Positions 46,552 to 56,158 of a stretch of 64,000 nt of DNA are shown piece after piece. A program made the position numbers and the translations under genes. The notes under the pieces are model-generated. The model was not told where the DNA came from, made no database searches, and was given only the letters and a program-made list of their open reading frames with translations. How positions within the stretch are numbered: the stretch's first letter is position 1; every line of letters begins with the position of its first letter. Origin of the DNA: a virus; IMG/VR virus record IMGVR_UViG_3300035188_001379, positions 120,466 through 184,465 of that record; one strand, 5' to 3'.

Positions 46552-48402
46552 TTAGATTTCTAGGCTACATGCACCGCCAGCGCAGGCAACCTCACCTTTG
46601 AAGTCTGTATTATCCTTTCTCTCTTTGATATCTTCGAATCTGTAGTCTTCAGCAATCAAGCTAAAGGCTTTTTCCAAAACTTCAAAGACCTCAGGATGCG
46701 GCGGCTGGCTGTAAGGCAGGTATTTATAATCACCGCCATCATATGGAATAAGACTAATACCATAATAAGAATCTCTATTCTCCAGCATCCATCGCTTGAT
46801 GCTTTCTTTTTCGTGCTCATGGTAGTTGATCGTGAGGCTGATGTTGTGGGTGTTGGGTCCCTCAATATGTCCAGGGACAATCCAATTATCATACAAATCT
46901 TTCACACGCTCGAGGCATTGTACAGCTGTTTCTTGGCTGCGTAGCAACGTGGTATCGTAGAGCTTGATCGGCACCTGCATGATCATGTCGTTACTATTGA
47001 ACGGGTCGTCTACAACAAAAGCAGGAAACTTTTTAGCCAAGGACTTAGCAAGAGCGCTATGCTTATCCATGCGTACCCTACGCACATAGCGTACTTCATG
47101 CCCAGCGTGAACACCTGCGGTTGTACCTAGCCATGAGCTACTCGTGCCTGAAGGCTTTGTAGTAGTGATTCTCCTAGCTGGACGAATACCTAGCTTGGTC
47201 GCCCATACTTTGTTCACTTCTACTGCAGTAAGAGCTCCTTCTTTAAGATTCTCTGGAGTTAAAATAGACTGGGCTTCTGCTTGTCCTGTGATGCTCACGC
47301 CTAGAAGGGCTTCCTCATCAGCATTCTTTTTCCAGTCAGGTTGAACATACTGGAAGTCTGTATAGGTGGCTTGCAGCGTTCCAATAATTGTTGCACTCAC
47401 AACAGCCTTCAACCAGTCATCTTTGCTGAAGCACTGCGCGGCGTTAATCTCGGTAAGATTGCATACACCCATACTCTTTAGCGCAATTTCATGACAGGGA
47501 TTAAATCCCATCTCGTCGTCGTTTGTTAGCGACAAGCCTGGCTCTGCCTGTCCTCCAGCAAAACAAGCATCGATAATTTTTGCACCTACTTGATTAAAGT
47601 CGGGATCGTCTTTACGAAGAACAGCTGAGTTATTTGCGCGAGCAAGTTCGGGATACTTCTCCCACCATGAACCTGCTTTGCAGTTCAATAGCTCTTCATC
47701 ATCAGCGTCGAACAGGCTGATCAAAGCGCCTCTACGTACGCCTCCAACAACTACACAGTCAGCGATCAAGCATGAAATTCTATGACACTCGAACGGACTG
47801 AGCTGTCTCCCAATAGCCTTGCGGAGAATAGCTCGAACATTTGCATGCATTTTTACAAGCGCCTTGGGTCCGCTGGCTGTGCCTCCGGTAGACAAGGGAG
47901 CTCCCATTGGGCGAATCTGTGTATAGTCAAACTGAAGATCAGGGTTTGCAAAAAGCGCTAGCAAACTGTCACACCAGCCTTCTGCAGAGTCATTGATAAT
48001 ATACGGAGCTTCTACGGAACCTTCGGGAATAGTGGGCAAACTGCCGATGTGTCTCTTTTTGACACTGAAGCCTACACCTACACCACTCATGCTCATATAG
48101 AACAAGTCTGCGAAATCTCTGAACTTTGTGATGTTGATAAAGCTGCAGTTAAACATGCGATTGTTTCTGCGCTCAATCGCTTCGCCAGCAAACTGAAAGC
48201 TTCTCATTGACGGAACTACACGACCCGCAAAAACCTGCTCGTAGGCTTTCTCAATAGCTTCAGCAAGGTGAGGAAACTTGCGGATGTGCATATCCATGTT
48301 CCTCTTGATAGTTTCTTCTTTAGTTTCTCTGCGGAGCTCTTCTGGAAGATACTTTGCGTATGTTCTGTAGTGAACTAATTTACTTAGGAATTCTTTACTC
48401 AT
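46552..48402 (-). CDS. nrdJ: Class II (adenosylcobalamin-dependent) monomeric ribonucleotide reductase
   Basis: PSMRSFQFAG, FNCSF, VGGVRR, NPCHEI, CNLTEIN, TTKPSGT, C-terminal CAGGAC. No ATP cone and no adjacent nrdB. Confidence 0.85.
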   Translation of the reverse strand: MSKEFLSKLVHYRTYAKYLPEELRRETKEETIKRNMDMHIRKFPHLAEAIEKAYEQVFAGRVVPSMRSFQFAGEAIERRNNRMFNCSFINITKFRDFADLFYMSMSGVGVGFSVKKRHIGSLPTIPEGSVEAPYIINDSAEGWCDSLLALFANPDLQFDYTQIRPMGAPLSTGGTASGPKALVKMHANVRAILRKAIGRQLSPFECHRISCLIADCVVVGGVRRGALISLFDADDEELLNCKAGSWWEKYPELARANNSAVLRKDDPDFNQVGAKIIDACFAGGQAEPGLSLTNDDEMGFNPCHEIALKSMGVCNLTEINAAQCFSKDDWLKAVVSATIIGTLQATYTDFQYVQPDWKKNADEEALLGVSITGQAEAQSILTPENLKEGALTAVEVNKVWATKLGIRPARRITTTKPSGTSSSWLGTTAGVHAGHEVRYVRRVRMDKHSALAKSLAKKFPAFVVDDPFNSNDMIMQVPIKLYDTTLLRSQETAVQCLERVKDLYDNWIVPGHIEGPNTHNISLTINYHEHEKESIKRWMLENRDSYYGISLIPYDGGDYKYLPYSQPPHPEVFEVLEKAFSLIAEDYRFEDIKERKDNTDFKGEVACAGGACSLEI

Positions 48403-48496
48403 ATTTTGTGTTGATGGCTAACTGAGCTTTTATACTAGCTAATTTAAGGTTTAGGGTACAGAAAATTAATTTTTAGCCTCTAAACATTAAGTCTTG

Positions 48497-48946
48497 CTAA
48501 ATTGGAAAGCTATGATCTGTAGATAGCTTAGGTTGAAATTTACGTAAGATTATGTTAAACTTTTCTGCATTTTTAAGCGCTTCCTGATCTCTCTCGTACA
48601 AAAAGTCGTAGACTATTTGTTTAACACCGTAAGCCGCACAAAGGACTAGGCAGTTGGTGCAAGGAAGTAGGGTGACGTATAGATAATACGGCTCACCAGG
48701 TTTTGTGTATTTGAGGCAGTTGCACTCAGCATGAATAACGTAGGGCCTACGAGCGTCTCTATCGCTCCAGTCAATCTCTACTCCTGAAGGGGCTCCGTTG
48801 TAGCCAGTGCTTATGATCGAATGATCCTCTCTAAAAGCTGCAGCTCCTACGATAACATACGGATCAGGAGATCTTTCCGCAGCTGCTCTAGCAATAAGCA
48901 TTCCGTACTCATCCCAGCAAGGACGAGTTCTTTCTGTACTGTTCAT
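48497..48946 (-). CDS. dCMP deaminase
   Basis: IVGAA, TGYNG, HAECN, PCTNC. Confidence 0.88.
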   Translation of the reverse strand: MNSTERTRPCWDEYGMLIARAAAERSPDPYVIVGAAAFREDHSIISTGYNGAPSGVEIDWSDRDARRPYVIHAECNCLKYTKPGEPYYLYVTLLPCTNCLVLCAAYGVKQIVYDFLYERDQEALKNAEKFNIILRKFQPKLSTDHSFPI

Positions 48947-48950
48947 CCAA

Positions 48951-49139
48951 CTACGCTAGCGCTTCGTAAGCCGCCTTGCAAAGGTTTTTAAGCATAGTTT
49001 CTATCTCTTCGTCTTGCAGTCTTTCGAAGTTTCTGAAGATAGGTTTGTCTCCGTCAAAATCCGCTTTGAGCACAAAAACACCATCATAAACGATAGTTAT
49101 CTGGTCTGTGTCAGCATCATAGTCGAACTCAAATCTCAT
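48951..49139 (-). CDS. Small acidic hypothetical protein
   Basis: MRFEFDYDAD... start at 49139; the longer track start overlaps the divergent gene. Confidence 0.55.
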   Translation of the reverse strand: MRFEFDYDADTDQITIVYDGVFVLKADFDGDKPIFRNFERLQDEEIETMLKNLCKAAYEALA

Positions 49140-49182
49140 TGCGGTATTGTTTTTTAAATTACTATTCATTACTATAGCGGAT

Positions 49183-49875
49183 ATGATTATCACTAAACAA
49201 GAAAAAATAAATAAGCTTAAAGAATATTTCAAAAATATGAAGCTGGATGCTTCTGTAATGGGAAGAACGATGGGCACTACTACAGGTTTTGTGACCACTC
49301 AAATAATTCTCGATTCTTCTAAAAAGCTTCTGGATGTGTTTAGTAGACAGGTTGCACCTGACGACCGCGATAACGTGGTTTTTTCAAAATTTTTAGGCCC
49401 TGAAGACTATATGAAAGAGCATATAGAGCACGACGCAGGGAAGCTGCAGTTTAAAGCTAAGAACAAGCTTAGACAGAAAAGAAACCTGAGCTGGCTTCAC
49501 GCAGGCTTCTTTACTCCGCAAGTCAAAAGTGTGTTTGTAGGTAATGCGTTAGCTCAGAATATTGAAGGTGTGAATCCGATGGAGCAGTACATGCTAGCAC
49601 ATAAAGTTACCAAGATGGGAGAAGGAGGCATCGGAAGTTCTGAGGCTATTCCCGACAGTTCTCGAGAAGTCAACGAAAGCCAGTTTGGACTACTCGATCC
49701 TATTCAAACGGTAGAGGCTACCACCATCGGTGTAGTAAACTTTTTTGTTAATAATCTACGTAAAGGAGACGATGGAAAGCTGTATAGGCAGGTAATTGAA
49801 AACGCTACAGGTAAAACTGTATGGATTGACCATCAAGAGTTCCTCAGCTCTACGATTGACGTGCCTGAGCATTAA
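49183..49875 (+). CDS. rpoB: RNA polymerase beta subunit, middle fragment
   Basis: PDDRDNV; NPMEQYMLAHKVTKMGEGG...REVNESQFGLLDPIQTVEATTIG parallels the RpoB NPL..THKRR..LGPGG...RDVH..YG..CPIETPEG.NIG region. Confidence 0.82.
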   Translation: MIITKQEKINKLKEYFKNMKLDASVMGRTMGTTTGFVTTQIILDSSKKLLDVFSRQVAPDDRDNVVFSKFLGPEDYMKEHIEHDAGKLQFKAKNKLRQKRNLSWLHAGFFTPQVKSVFVGNALAQNIEGVNPMEQYMLAHKVTKMGEGGIGSSEAIPDSSREVNESQFGLLDPIQTVEATTIGVVNFFVNNLRKGDDGKLYRQVIENATGKTVWIDHQEFLSSTIDVPEH

Positions 49876-50744
49876 GGAGCAGGGTCAGGATCAGGTTGTG
49901 GATCAGGATCAGGTTCCGGATCAGGCGGCGGAGCATCTGTCGGATATATATGACACACCCCGTCCGCGACGAATCCAATGAAATAGCCGTCTCCCTGAGA
50001 GCTTATTTGAGGACTATAACGGCTATAATCGTCCTGATCGCATGGTTCGGTTATAATATAGCTAGCTGTATCCTCAGAGGGGATGGTGCTAAAGTTGTAT
50101 TTAAATTTGCAGCTAGTCGGAGAGTCCAAAGTAGGGTCAAGAGGCAGAATGTCTACATTATCCCAAATTATAGTTTCGTCTGTATAATCTTGTGTAAAAG
50201 TCCCTAGCAGCTGGCCTCCATTATAAGCTGTAAAAGAAAACGATTGAGCTGCTTGAGAGGCCGCGGCAGCGCCTCCATCACCACCTCCATCACCACCTCC
50301 ATCACCACCTCCATCAGGAGGAATAGGGTCCATCTTAATACCTCCACTAACATAATACTCTGTCCCGGCTGAGTCGTACACTGTACCATTGTATGGCCAT
50401 TGCAAACTGCTATCCATATAGTACATAAAGTACGAGTAACACTCATGATAGAGGTATACTTGATCTGTGAGATCAGCATCTGTGTAGTATATCTCAAAAC
50501 AACTGCCTCCTCCTCCTCTGCTTCGATAAACCTCTCCCTCGCCGGTACATATATCCATATAGCTCGACCACCCTGTACGGCCTATAGGGCCTAGATTCCA
50601 GTCTTCTATGTCCTCTTCTGTGGCGTTAGAGTTCCATGTGACCTGTGCGTCGCTTAAAGAAAAAGTTCTAAGTGTAAACACACATTTTTTATCTTTAATG
50701 GCCTCGCACCCGTTACAAAAACAACAAGAGCTTAATCTATACAT
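49872..50744 (-). CDS. Cys/Tyr-rich protein with GGDG and DP low-complexity repeats
   Basis: 12-nt tandem repeat at about 50273-50316; DPxP tail. Confidence 0.6.
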   Translation of the reverse strand: MYRLSSCCFCNGCEAIKDKKCVFTLRTFSLSDAQVTWNSNATEEDIEDWNLGPIGRTGWSSYMDICTGEGEVYRSRGGGGSCFEIYYTDADLTDQVYLYHECYSYFMYYMDSSLQWPYNGTVYDSAGTEYYVSGGIKMDPIPPDGGGDGGGDGGGDGGAAAASQAAQSFSFTAYNGGQLLGTFTQDYTDETIIWDNVDILPLDPTLDSPTSCKFKYNFSTIPSEDTASYIITEPCDQDDYSRYSPQISSQGDGYFIGFVADGVCHIYPTDAPPPDPEPDPDPQPDPDPAP

Positions 50745-50764
50745 ACTATTTATACAATTTATGC

Positions 50765-53152
50765 TTAGGAGCTAGTGACATACTCAGGAGGAGTCATAAA
50801 CACCATGGCAGTCATTTTTTTGCCTTCGTTGTCGCACAGCGTTATGGTCTGCCAGCCTGCCGTTTTTCCGCCTAGTGCGTTAGGAGAAAGAGTAAAGCTG
50901 CCTCCGCTACCAGTCATGCTAATACTTCCTCCGTTGATCGTCGTGGTTCCCTCACTGCACACTATATGAATATTTTCACCGATCTTTACAGTACACAGCC
51001 CATCACCTACAGTTAGTCCTGACCTAGCTGTAATGTTTTCCATCGTCATCTCTCCTGAGATGAAGCTGAAGCTATAGGCGCCTCCGCCACAATGAGGAAG
51101 CAGCTCTGAGGTGTATATGGTTTTCATATACATAGTGCTGCTGCACATTTCTATGGTAGTATGGCACTCAGGCGAGCAGCAAGGATAAGGAGGAGTAATA
51201 AGGCGTACCTGTAACTGATCTAAAATCAATGAAGAAGGCGCTTCTGAGCACGATGTAGTTAACTCCCCTTGAAGCTCTAGGCCTCCTGCTGAATTGGTGC
51301 CTAGGTACATGCCTGCTACTTGCGCGGCGATGTTGACATCTATCGTTCCTCCAAGGCTGAGACGGGAATCTGCTGTTTGAGTTATATAAAGACCTGAAAC
51401 TTTAATCTCAGATGCAGCTTCGCAAGGAGGTAGGTTAATGGTCGTATTTAAAGGAGACATCTCGAGAGCGAACTCTGCCCCGCATCCCTCATTAGTACTG
51501 GTGACTGACAGCGTGCTTGTAAGATCCAAAGTACCTACTTGACGACTTCCTTGCGTGAACGTAACATTTGCAGAGTTGTATGGTGAGTTTACATTGAATG
51601 AAAACTCCTTACAAGCGTCTAGCTCGATATTTCCGTTAAGCTCAAAGCCACAACCTTCGTTAGTTGGAAGCATACTCAGCTCTAGCTTAGGTGGATTGGT
51701 CCCCGATGTGGTGATGTTTACGTCACTTGTGATTTCCTTACAGGCATCTACAGCGATGTTTCCGTTAAGTTCAAACCCACAGCCATCATCTGCCATCTGA
51801 AAAGATAAATCTACTTCAGGAGGATTAGTTCCTGAGGTAGTGATGTTAACTGCTGCTGAGATTTCTTTACAAGCGTCTAGCTCGATATTTCCGTTAAGCT
51901 CAAACCCACAACCATCGTTGGTTGGAACCATGCTCAGCTCTAGCTTAGGTGGATTGGTCCCCGATGTAGTGATGTTTACGTCACTTGTGATTTCTACACA
52001 GGCATCCAACGCAATGTTTCCGTAAAGCTCAAACCCACAACCATCATCTGACGGCATCATACTCAAATCTACTTCAGGAGGATTAGTTCCTGAGGTAGTG
52101 ATGTTGACCGAGCTTGAGATTTGTTTGCAGGCGTCTAGAGCAATATTTCCGTTAAGCTCAAACCCACAACCATCGTTGGTTGGAGTCATATTCAACGCTA
52201 AAGTAGGAGGGTTAGTACCTGAGGTAGTGATGTTGACAGCGCTTGTGATTTCTACACAGGCATCCAACGCAATATTTCCGTAAAGTTCAAATCCACAACC
52301 ATTGTCGGTTGGGAGCATACTTAAATCTACTTCAGGAGGATTAGTTCCTGAGGTAGTGATGTTGACGGATGCTTTGATTTCTGGGCAGGCATCTAGCTCG
52401 ATGTTTCCATTAAGTTCAAATCCACAACCATCGTCGGTTGGGGTCATATTCAATGCTAGCTTAGGAGGATTATTTCCTGAGGTAGTGATGTTGACGCCTG
52501 CTGAGATTTCTGGGCAGGCAGTTATTTCTACGTCTCCAACTAAAACAAACCCGCAATTATCATCTACACGCTCTAGGTTCCAATCGCTTCTTTTAACAGC
52601 GTTACCGGACACGCTTATCTGCGCAGAAGAAGTCAGCTCAACGCAAGCGTCTACAGTTATACTGCCTGTCAGCTCGAGAGCACAATCAGGAGCGCCGCTA
52701 TTTGAAAACGACAAGCTGACGCCAGGTTGTGCCTTACCTAGGCCATCTATCTCAACGCTTGTAGTGATTTCCTCGCAAAATCCAGAAGGCATTGCGATTT
52801 CTCCGCCGATAGTTATACCGCAAGCAGGAGGACCATCAGAGTCAAGCGTAAGTGTGCCGCTAAGCGGAGCTTTTATAACAAAAGTTGAGTTGGCTAGAAA
52901 GTCTACACAGCCTCCAGGAACAATAGGAGGATTATAGACAGGGGGAACAGGAGTAACATCAGGAAAAGTAAAAACGCAAACCTCTTCAACCTTTTTAAAA
53001 GATACAGGTGTGAGAGTTAGATTTGTGAGAGGTGGTAGTACACAAGCCTCAGGCTTCTCTTCTTGCGCATTATAAGCAGGAAGATACTCAGCATAGTACT
53101 TATACTGAGTATCTCCTAAGTGGATTTTAGTTGGATCGATCTTTAAAGCCAT
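50765..53152 (-). CDS. Fibre-like protein with tandem 43-aa Cys-paired repeats
   Basis: Seven well-conserved copies of CxEIxxxVNITTSGTNPP...DGCGFELNGNIxLDA plus degenerate flanking copies. Confidence 0.75.
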   Translation of the reverse strand: MALKIDPTKIHLGDTQYKYYAEYLPAYNAQEEKPEACVLPPLTNLTLTPVSFKKVEEVCVFTFPDVTPVPPVYNPPIVPGGCVDFLANSTFVIKAPLSGTLTLDSDGPPACGITIGGEIAMPSGFCEEITTSVEIDGLGKAQPGVSLSFSNSGAPDCALELTGSITVDACVELTSSAQISVSGNAVKRSDWNLERVDDNCGFVLVGDVEITACPEISAGVNITTSGNNPPKLALNMTPTDDGCGFELNGNIELDACPEIKASVNITTSGTNPPEVDLSMLPTDNGCGFELYGNIALDACVEITSAVNITTSGTNPPTLALNMTPTNDGCGFELNGNIALDACKQISSSVNITTSGTNPPEVDLSMMPSDDGCGFELYGNIALDACVEITSDVNITTSGTNPPKLELSMVPTNDGCGFELNGNIELDACKEISAAVNITTSGTNPPEVDLSFQMADDGCGFELNGNIAVDACKEITSDVNITTSGTNPPKLELSMLPTNEGCGFELNGNIELDACKEFSFNVNSPYNSANVTFTQGSRQVGTLDLTSTLSVTSTNEGCGAEFALEMSPLNTTINLPPCEAASEIKVSGLYITQTADSRLSLGGTIDVNIAAQVAGMYLGTNSAGGLELQGELTTSCSEAPSSLILDQLQVRLITPPYPCCSPECHTTIEMCSSTMYMKTIYTSELLPHCGGGAYSFSFISGEMTMENITARSGLTVGDGLCTVKIGENIHIVCSEGTTTINGGSISMTGSGGSFTLSPNALGGKTAGWQTITLCDNEGKKMTAMVFMTPPEYVTSS
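51614..52516 (-). repeat. Seven 129-nt coding tandem repeats with alternating A/B units
   Basis: Odd units (K/T)L(A/E)L, even units EVDLS; 7 x 129 = 903 nt. Confidence 0.85.
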
Positions 53153-53490
53153 TAAAGCATCTTATTAAACACGAGGTAAAAAAACAATATTAAAGCAGGC
53201 GCACATAAGGATTCAAAAGAGCCTAGAGAGGCGACTACAGCTACACCTAGCCAAAAGCTTACGCAAACTGGGCAGGTGAGCAGCCTTACTAGAAATTTAT
53301 CATGATAGTACTCTCTTAGGAATGCTGCATAATTTCCAGGATACTCGGCCTGCTTTAATTGTTTGTACTCTGCAAATTTATTACCTAGCGAAAGCCTTAG
53401 AAGATTCAAATACTCAAAAAGAGCATCAGTATCTAGCCAGACCAGTAAAAAATAACTAGCAACTGCAGATAGTACGATGACTTGAAGCAT
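53152..53490 (-). CDS. Small membrane protein with CPxC motif (DUF1360-like)
   Basis: RLLTCPVCVSFWLG between hydrophobic segments (family name recalled, not searched). Confidence 0.6.
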   Translation of the reverse strand: MLQVIVLSAVASYFLLVWLDTDALFEYLNLLRLSLGNKFAEYKQLKQAEYPGNYAAFLREYYHDKFLVRLLTCPVCVSFWLGVAVVASLGSFESLCAPALILFFYLVFNKML

Positions 53491-53493
53491 GTG

Positions 53494-53733
53494 TTATTTG
53501 CTTAGTTCAATAATCTTGGCCTTCAAATCGGCAAGCAAGTTTTTTTGCGCGATAGAGGCGATGCGCATGTTTTGCAATTGAGCAATCTGCTCGCCAAGCT
53601 TCTTGATATTGTTCTCTTGCTCTGTGACATTGATGGTTGCCTGCTTTAAGCCATCCTCAATCAACAAGAGAGAGATGTGTGTGGACTCAGGATTTTCTTC
53701 GGTCACGACGGGAAGTTCGACTCGGTCTTTCAT
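53494..53733 (-). CDS. Small coiled-coil protein
   Basis: 79-aa heptad-rich ORF. Confidence 0.6.
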   Translation of the reverse strand: MKDRVELPVVTEENPESTHISLLLIEDGLKQATINVTEQENNIKKLGEQIAQLQNMRIASIAQKNLLADLKAKIIELSK

Positions 53734-53745
53734 GTGTTTTGTTGG

Positions 53746-53919
53746 TTATTCTGCGATTGAGTTGTTTTCTGTCAGGAGTTCTTTGATTTCTGCTTGGATT
53801 CTTTTGATGTTTTCGTTGTACCCTTTTACCATATCTTTTTTATCACGTTTAGCTTCTTCAAGTTCTACAACTAGGTTGTAGATCTTTTCTTCTTTAGTTG
53901 CATGGGTATCGTTACTCAT
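53746..53919 (-). CDS. Small coiled-coil protein (57 aa, not in ORF track)
   Basis: Manual translation MSNDTHATKEEKIYNLVVELEEAKRDKK...NNSIAE*. Confidence 0.55.
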   Translation of the reverse strand: MSNDTHATKEEKIYNLVVELEEAKRDKKDMVKGYNENIKRIQAEIKELLTENNSIAE

Positions 53920-54024
53920 AGAGGATCAAATTAACGAATAGCCTGAGAGTGTGCAAGCGATTTTGCAAAAAAAAAGACGCACCAGCGAACCAGTGCGTCT
54001 TTTTGGTTGGAGGTTAAGGGTAGC

Positions 54025-54741
54025 TTACGCGAGTGCGGCAAGCTGTGCAGGAGACAGGCTTGCTTTTTGCCCTGTAGTGAGTACAGCTTTTTGAGCTGTG
54101 GTAAACGCAGAAAGCTGCGATACAGACAACGAAGCGAGCTGAGCTGCTGTAATCTGCTGCACATCAGCAATTTCAAGTGCGCGAATTTGCTTGTTGGTGA
54201 GGGAAGCAAAGTCAGCAACTTCGATCGCCGGAATCTGAGTAGTGGTCAGGTTTGCAATCTGTGTAGTGTTCAGCGTAGATACCTGCTGCGGAGTGAGTGC
54301 GGCGATCTGCGGATTAGTCAATGCGGCGATATTGCCGATAGTGACTTGCAAGAGTTGACCTTCACCAGACTCAAGTTCTTGATCTGCGCTACCATATTCA
54401 GCAGAACCATAAGCGTTAGGTCCTACACGCCCAGAGCCACGAACATACTCAATTACATAGCTGATCTTAGCTGGTGCAGTTACTCCAGAAAGCGTCAAGG
54501 GAACAGAGGTGTCTGTGCCAGGATATACGTCGAGCGTAATGACAGGATCTGTGTGTGCTACGATAGTAGCACGGATAATGTCTCTGGCAGGTACATCTGC
54601 GAAAGAAAGGGTGTCAAGCAACAGGTAAGAAGATGCTTCGACAGAGCCGTAACTCACTTGAAGCTTTTCATACCTAGAGCTCTTAAGACCTCCGACGTCG
54701 TTAGTTTCTACTGCGATTTTTCTGATACGTTTAGTTGACAT
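54025..54741 (-). CDS. Protein with C-terminal LTxxQIxAL helical repeats
   Basis: ALTNPQIAALTPQQVSTLNTTQIANLTTTQI... Confidence 0.7.
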   Translation of the reverse strand: MSTKRIRKIAVETNDVGGLKSSRYEKLQVSYGSVEASSYLLLDTLSFADVPARDIIRATIVAHTDPVITLDVYPGTDTSVPLTLSGVTAPAKISYVIEYVRGSGRVGPNAYGSAEYGSADQELESGEGQLLQVTIGNIAALTNPQIAALTPQQVSTLNTTQIANLTTTQIPAIEVADFASLTNKQIRALEIADVQQITAAQLASLSVSQLSAFTTAQKAVLTTGQKASLSPAQLAALA

Positions 54742-54882
54742 GTTGTTTTGTGTTTTTAGTTGTTGATGATAGCAACAGACTTTCAGGCAACAGGAACCAA
54801 AGGTTCCCAGAGGATCGCTGATCTACTCCATTGCTATAATAATTATCTATGTTGCTAGATAGATAATCAAGATAAATTACCA

Positions 54883-55545
54883 CTAGTTGTCGCCAACAAG
54901 CAACTCATATAATTTGTCTATCTCTGTTCCTGTATAACTTGCTCTGTTGGCGTTGTATATCGCTTCTCCCCAGGCTTCACGCATAGCGGAATCTGCTATT
55001 CCCATATCTTTTAAAATGCCGTAAAGTTTGATCTGAGAGTTTCTAATCATCATTATGAACAGCTGCTTATCAGGCAGGAACAAGATTCTTGAGGTAGTTC
55101 CTGTACGTGCTTCAGGATTTATGTGCGCCTCAGGAATACCGTCCTGCCTAATCCTAGAGTATATGCCCGGCAACAATCTTTGCTGATTCACTCCCTCATA
55201 CTCAGAGCCGTTGTATATAACAGTGTTGTGAGGAGTTACATAAGGAATCTGAGCGATTGTAGTGCTCTTACTTTCGATGATCTTTCCACTAGGCTTATGT
55301 ATCAGGTTAATCGTACCTTTCAAAGGCACAGTAAGATCTTTCTTTTCAAGAATAGCCTGCTTCTGCTGAGAAACAGGAATACGTGAAGTATCTACCTTTA
55401 GATCTTTTGCTTGCAGCTTAAAATCCTGCGTTTCAATTGCTCCTAACTTTTTATTAAACGAGTTTACCGCAGTATCAAACAGATTTTGCCTGAGCTTGTC
55501 AGGATCAAAAAAAGCACGTGTATTTTTAGGAGGATTTGAAGCCAT
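54883..55545 (-). CDS. rpoB: RNA polymerase beta subunit, N-terminal fragment
   Basis: IAQIPYVTPHNTVIYNGSEYEGVNQQRLLPGIY parallels RpoB IP.MT..GTF.INGTERV.VSQL.RSPGV. Confidence 0.75.
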   Translation of the reverse strand: MASNPPKNTRAFFDPDKLRQNLFDTAVNSFNKKLGAIETQDFKLQAKDLKVDTSRIPVSQQKQAILEKKDLTVPLKGTINLIHKPSGKIIESKSTTIAQIPYVTPHNTVIYNGSEYEGVNQQRLLPGIYSRIRQDGIPEAHINPEARTGTTSRILFLPDKQLFIMMIRNSQIKLYGILKDMGIADSAMREAWGEAIYNANRASYTGTEIDKLYELLVGDN

Positions 55546-55551
55546 GTTATG

Positions 55552-56154
55552 CTAGGACTCTAGTAGCTTTTTTAAGTAGGCTTTATTAGCTTCGTCTTTC
55601 AAAAGATTTTCTAGTTCTGGGTATTTTGCAACGAGCTCAAGCTCTTTTGGTTGTTTTGCGCTAGCTGCGCGAGCAGGGTCATTTATAGCAAAACCGAGAG
55701 CATTAGTTTTAGTTACTTGATTGAGAACACTGTTAGCTATCCTTCGATTGACTGCATCTCCGAAGCTGTCAACGAGATCAGCTTGTTTTATAGGACTTGC
55801 ATACGCTCTGGGGCTACTAATAGAGCTCACTGTACCTGGGTCAGGTGTCAGAAAGGAAGGTTTTTCGTGAGATGGAAGATATGTTCTTCTTGCTGCGTTT
55901 CCTTTGTTACTTTTTCCGCCAGACATACCCATAAGCGCTGCTAGTCCAATAGGGGCAACAGCCTTAGCGATTTCGCCAATTTCTCCAAGCCCGTTAGATG
56001 CGCTTCCTAGCAAGCTTGAGCCTCCGGCCAGAATTCCTCCTCCAACAAGAGCAGGAGCCACAACCTTCTTGGCAACAGCCCCGTAGTTTATGCTTCCGCT
56101 TTTTTCAAGCTCTTCACGGAATCCTTCAGTTAGTTTTTCCCAGTCAAGATTCAT
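55552..56154 (-). CDS. K-x-A family protein with Gly-rich hydrophobic segments
   Basis: WEKLTEGFREELEKSG-SINYGAVAKK; IKQA-DLVD. Confidence 0.65.
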   Translation of the reverse strand: MNLDWEKLTEGFREELEKSGSINYGAVAKKVVAPALVGGGILAGGSSLLGSASNGLGEIGEIAKAVAPIGLAALMGMSGGKSNKGNAARRTYLPSHEKPSFLTPDPGTVSSISSPRAYASPIKQADLVDSFGDAVNRRIANSVLNQVTKTNALGFAINDPARAASAKQPKELELVAKYPELENLLKDEANKAYLKKLLES

Positions 56155-56158
56155 AGGA

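Noticed and set aside
54785-54795. Third copy of the shared TCAGGCAAC element
   Set aside because: Only about 9 nt match, no hairpin partners, and wrong orientation relative to the local genes.
54858-54876. pC194-type nick site (TTTATCTTGAT on minus strand) for the Rep-like gene
   Set aside because: Imperfect match in AT-rich DNA, more than 5 kb from the gene; likely chance.
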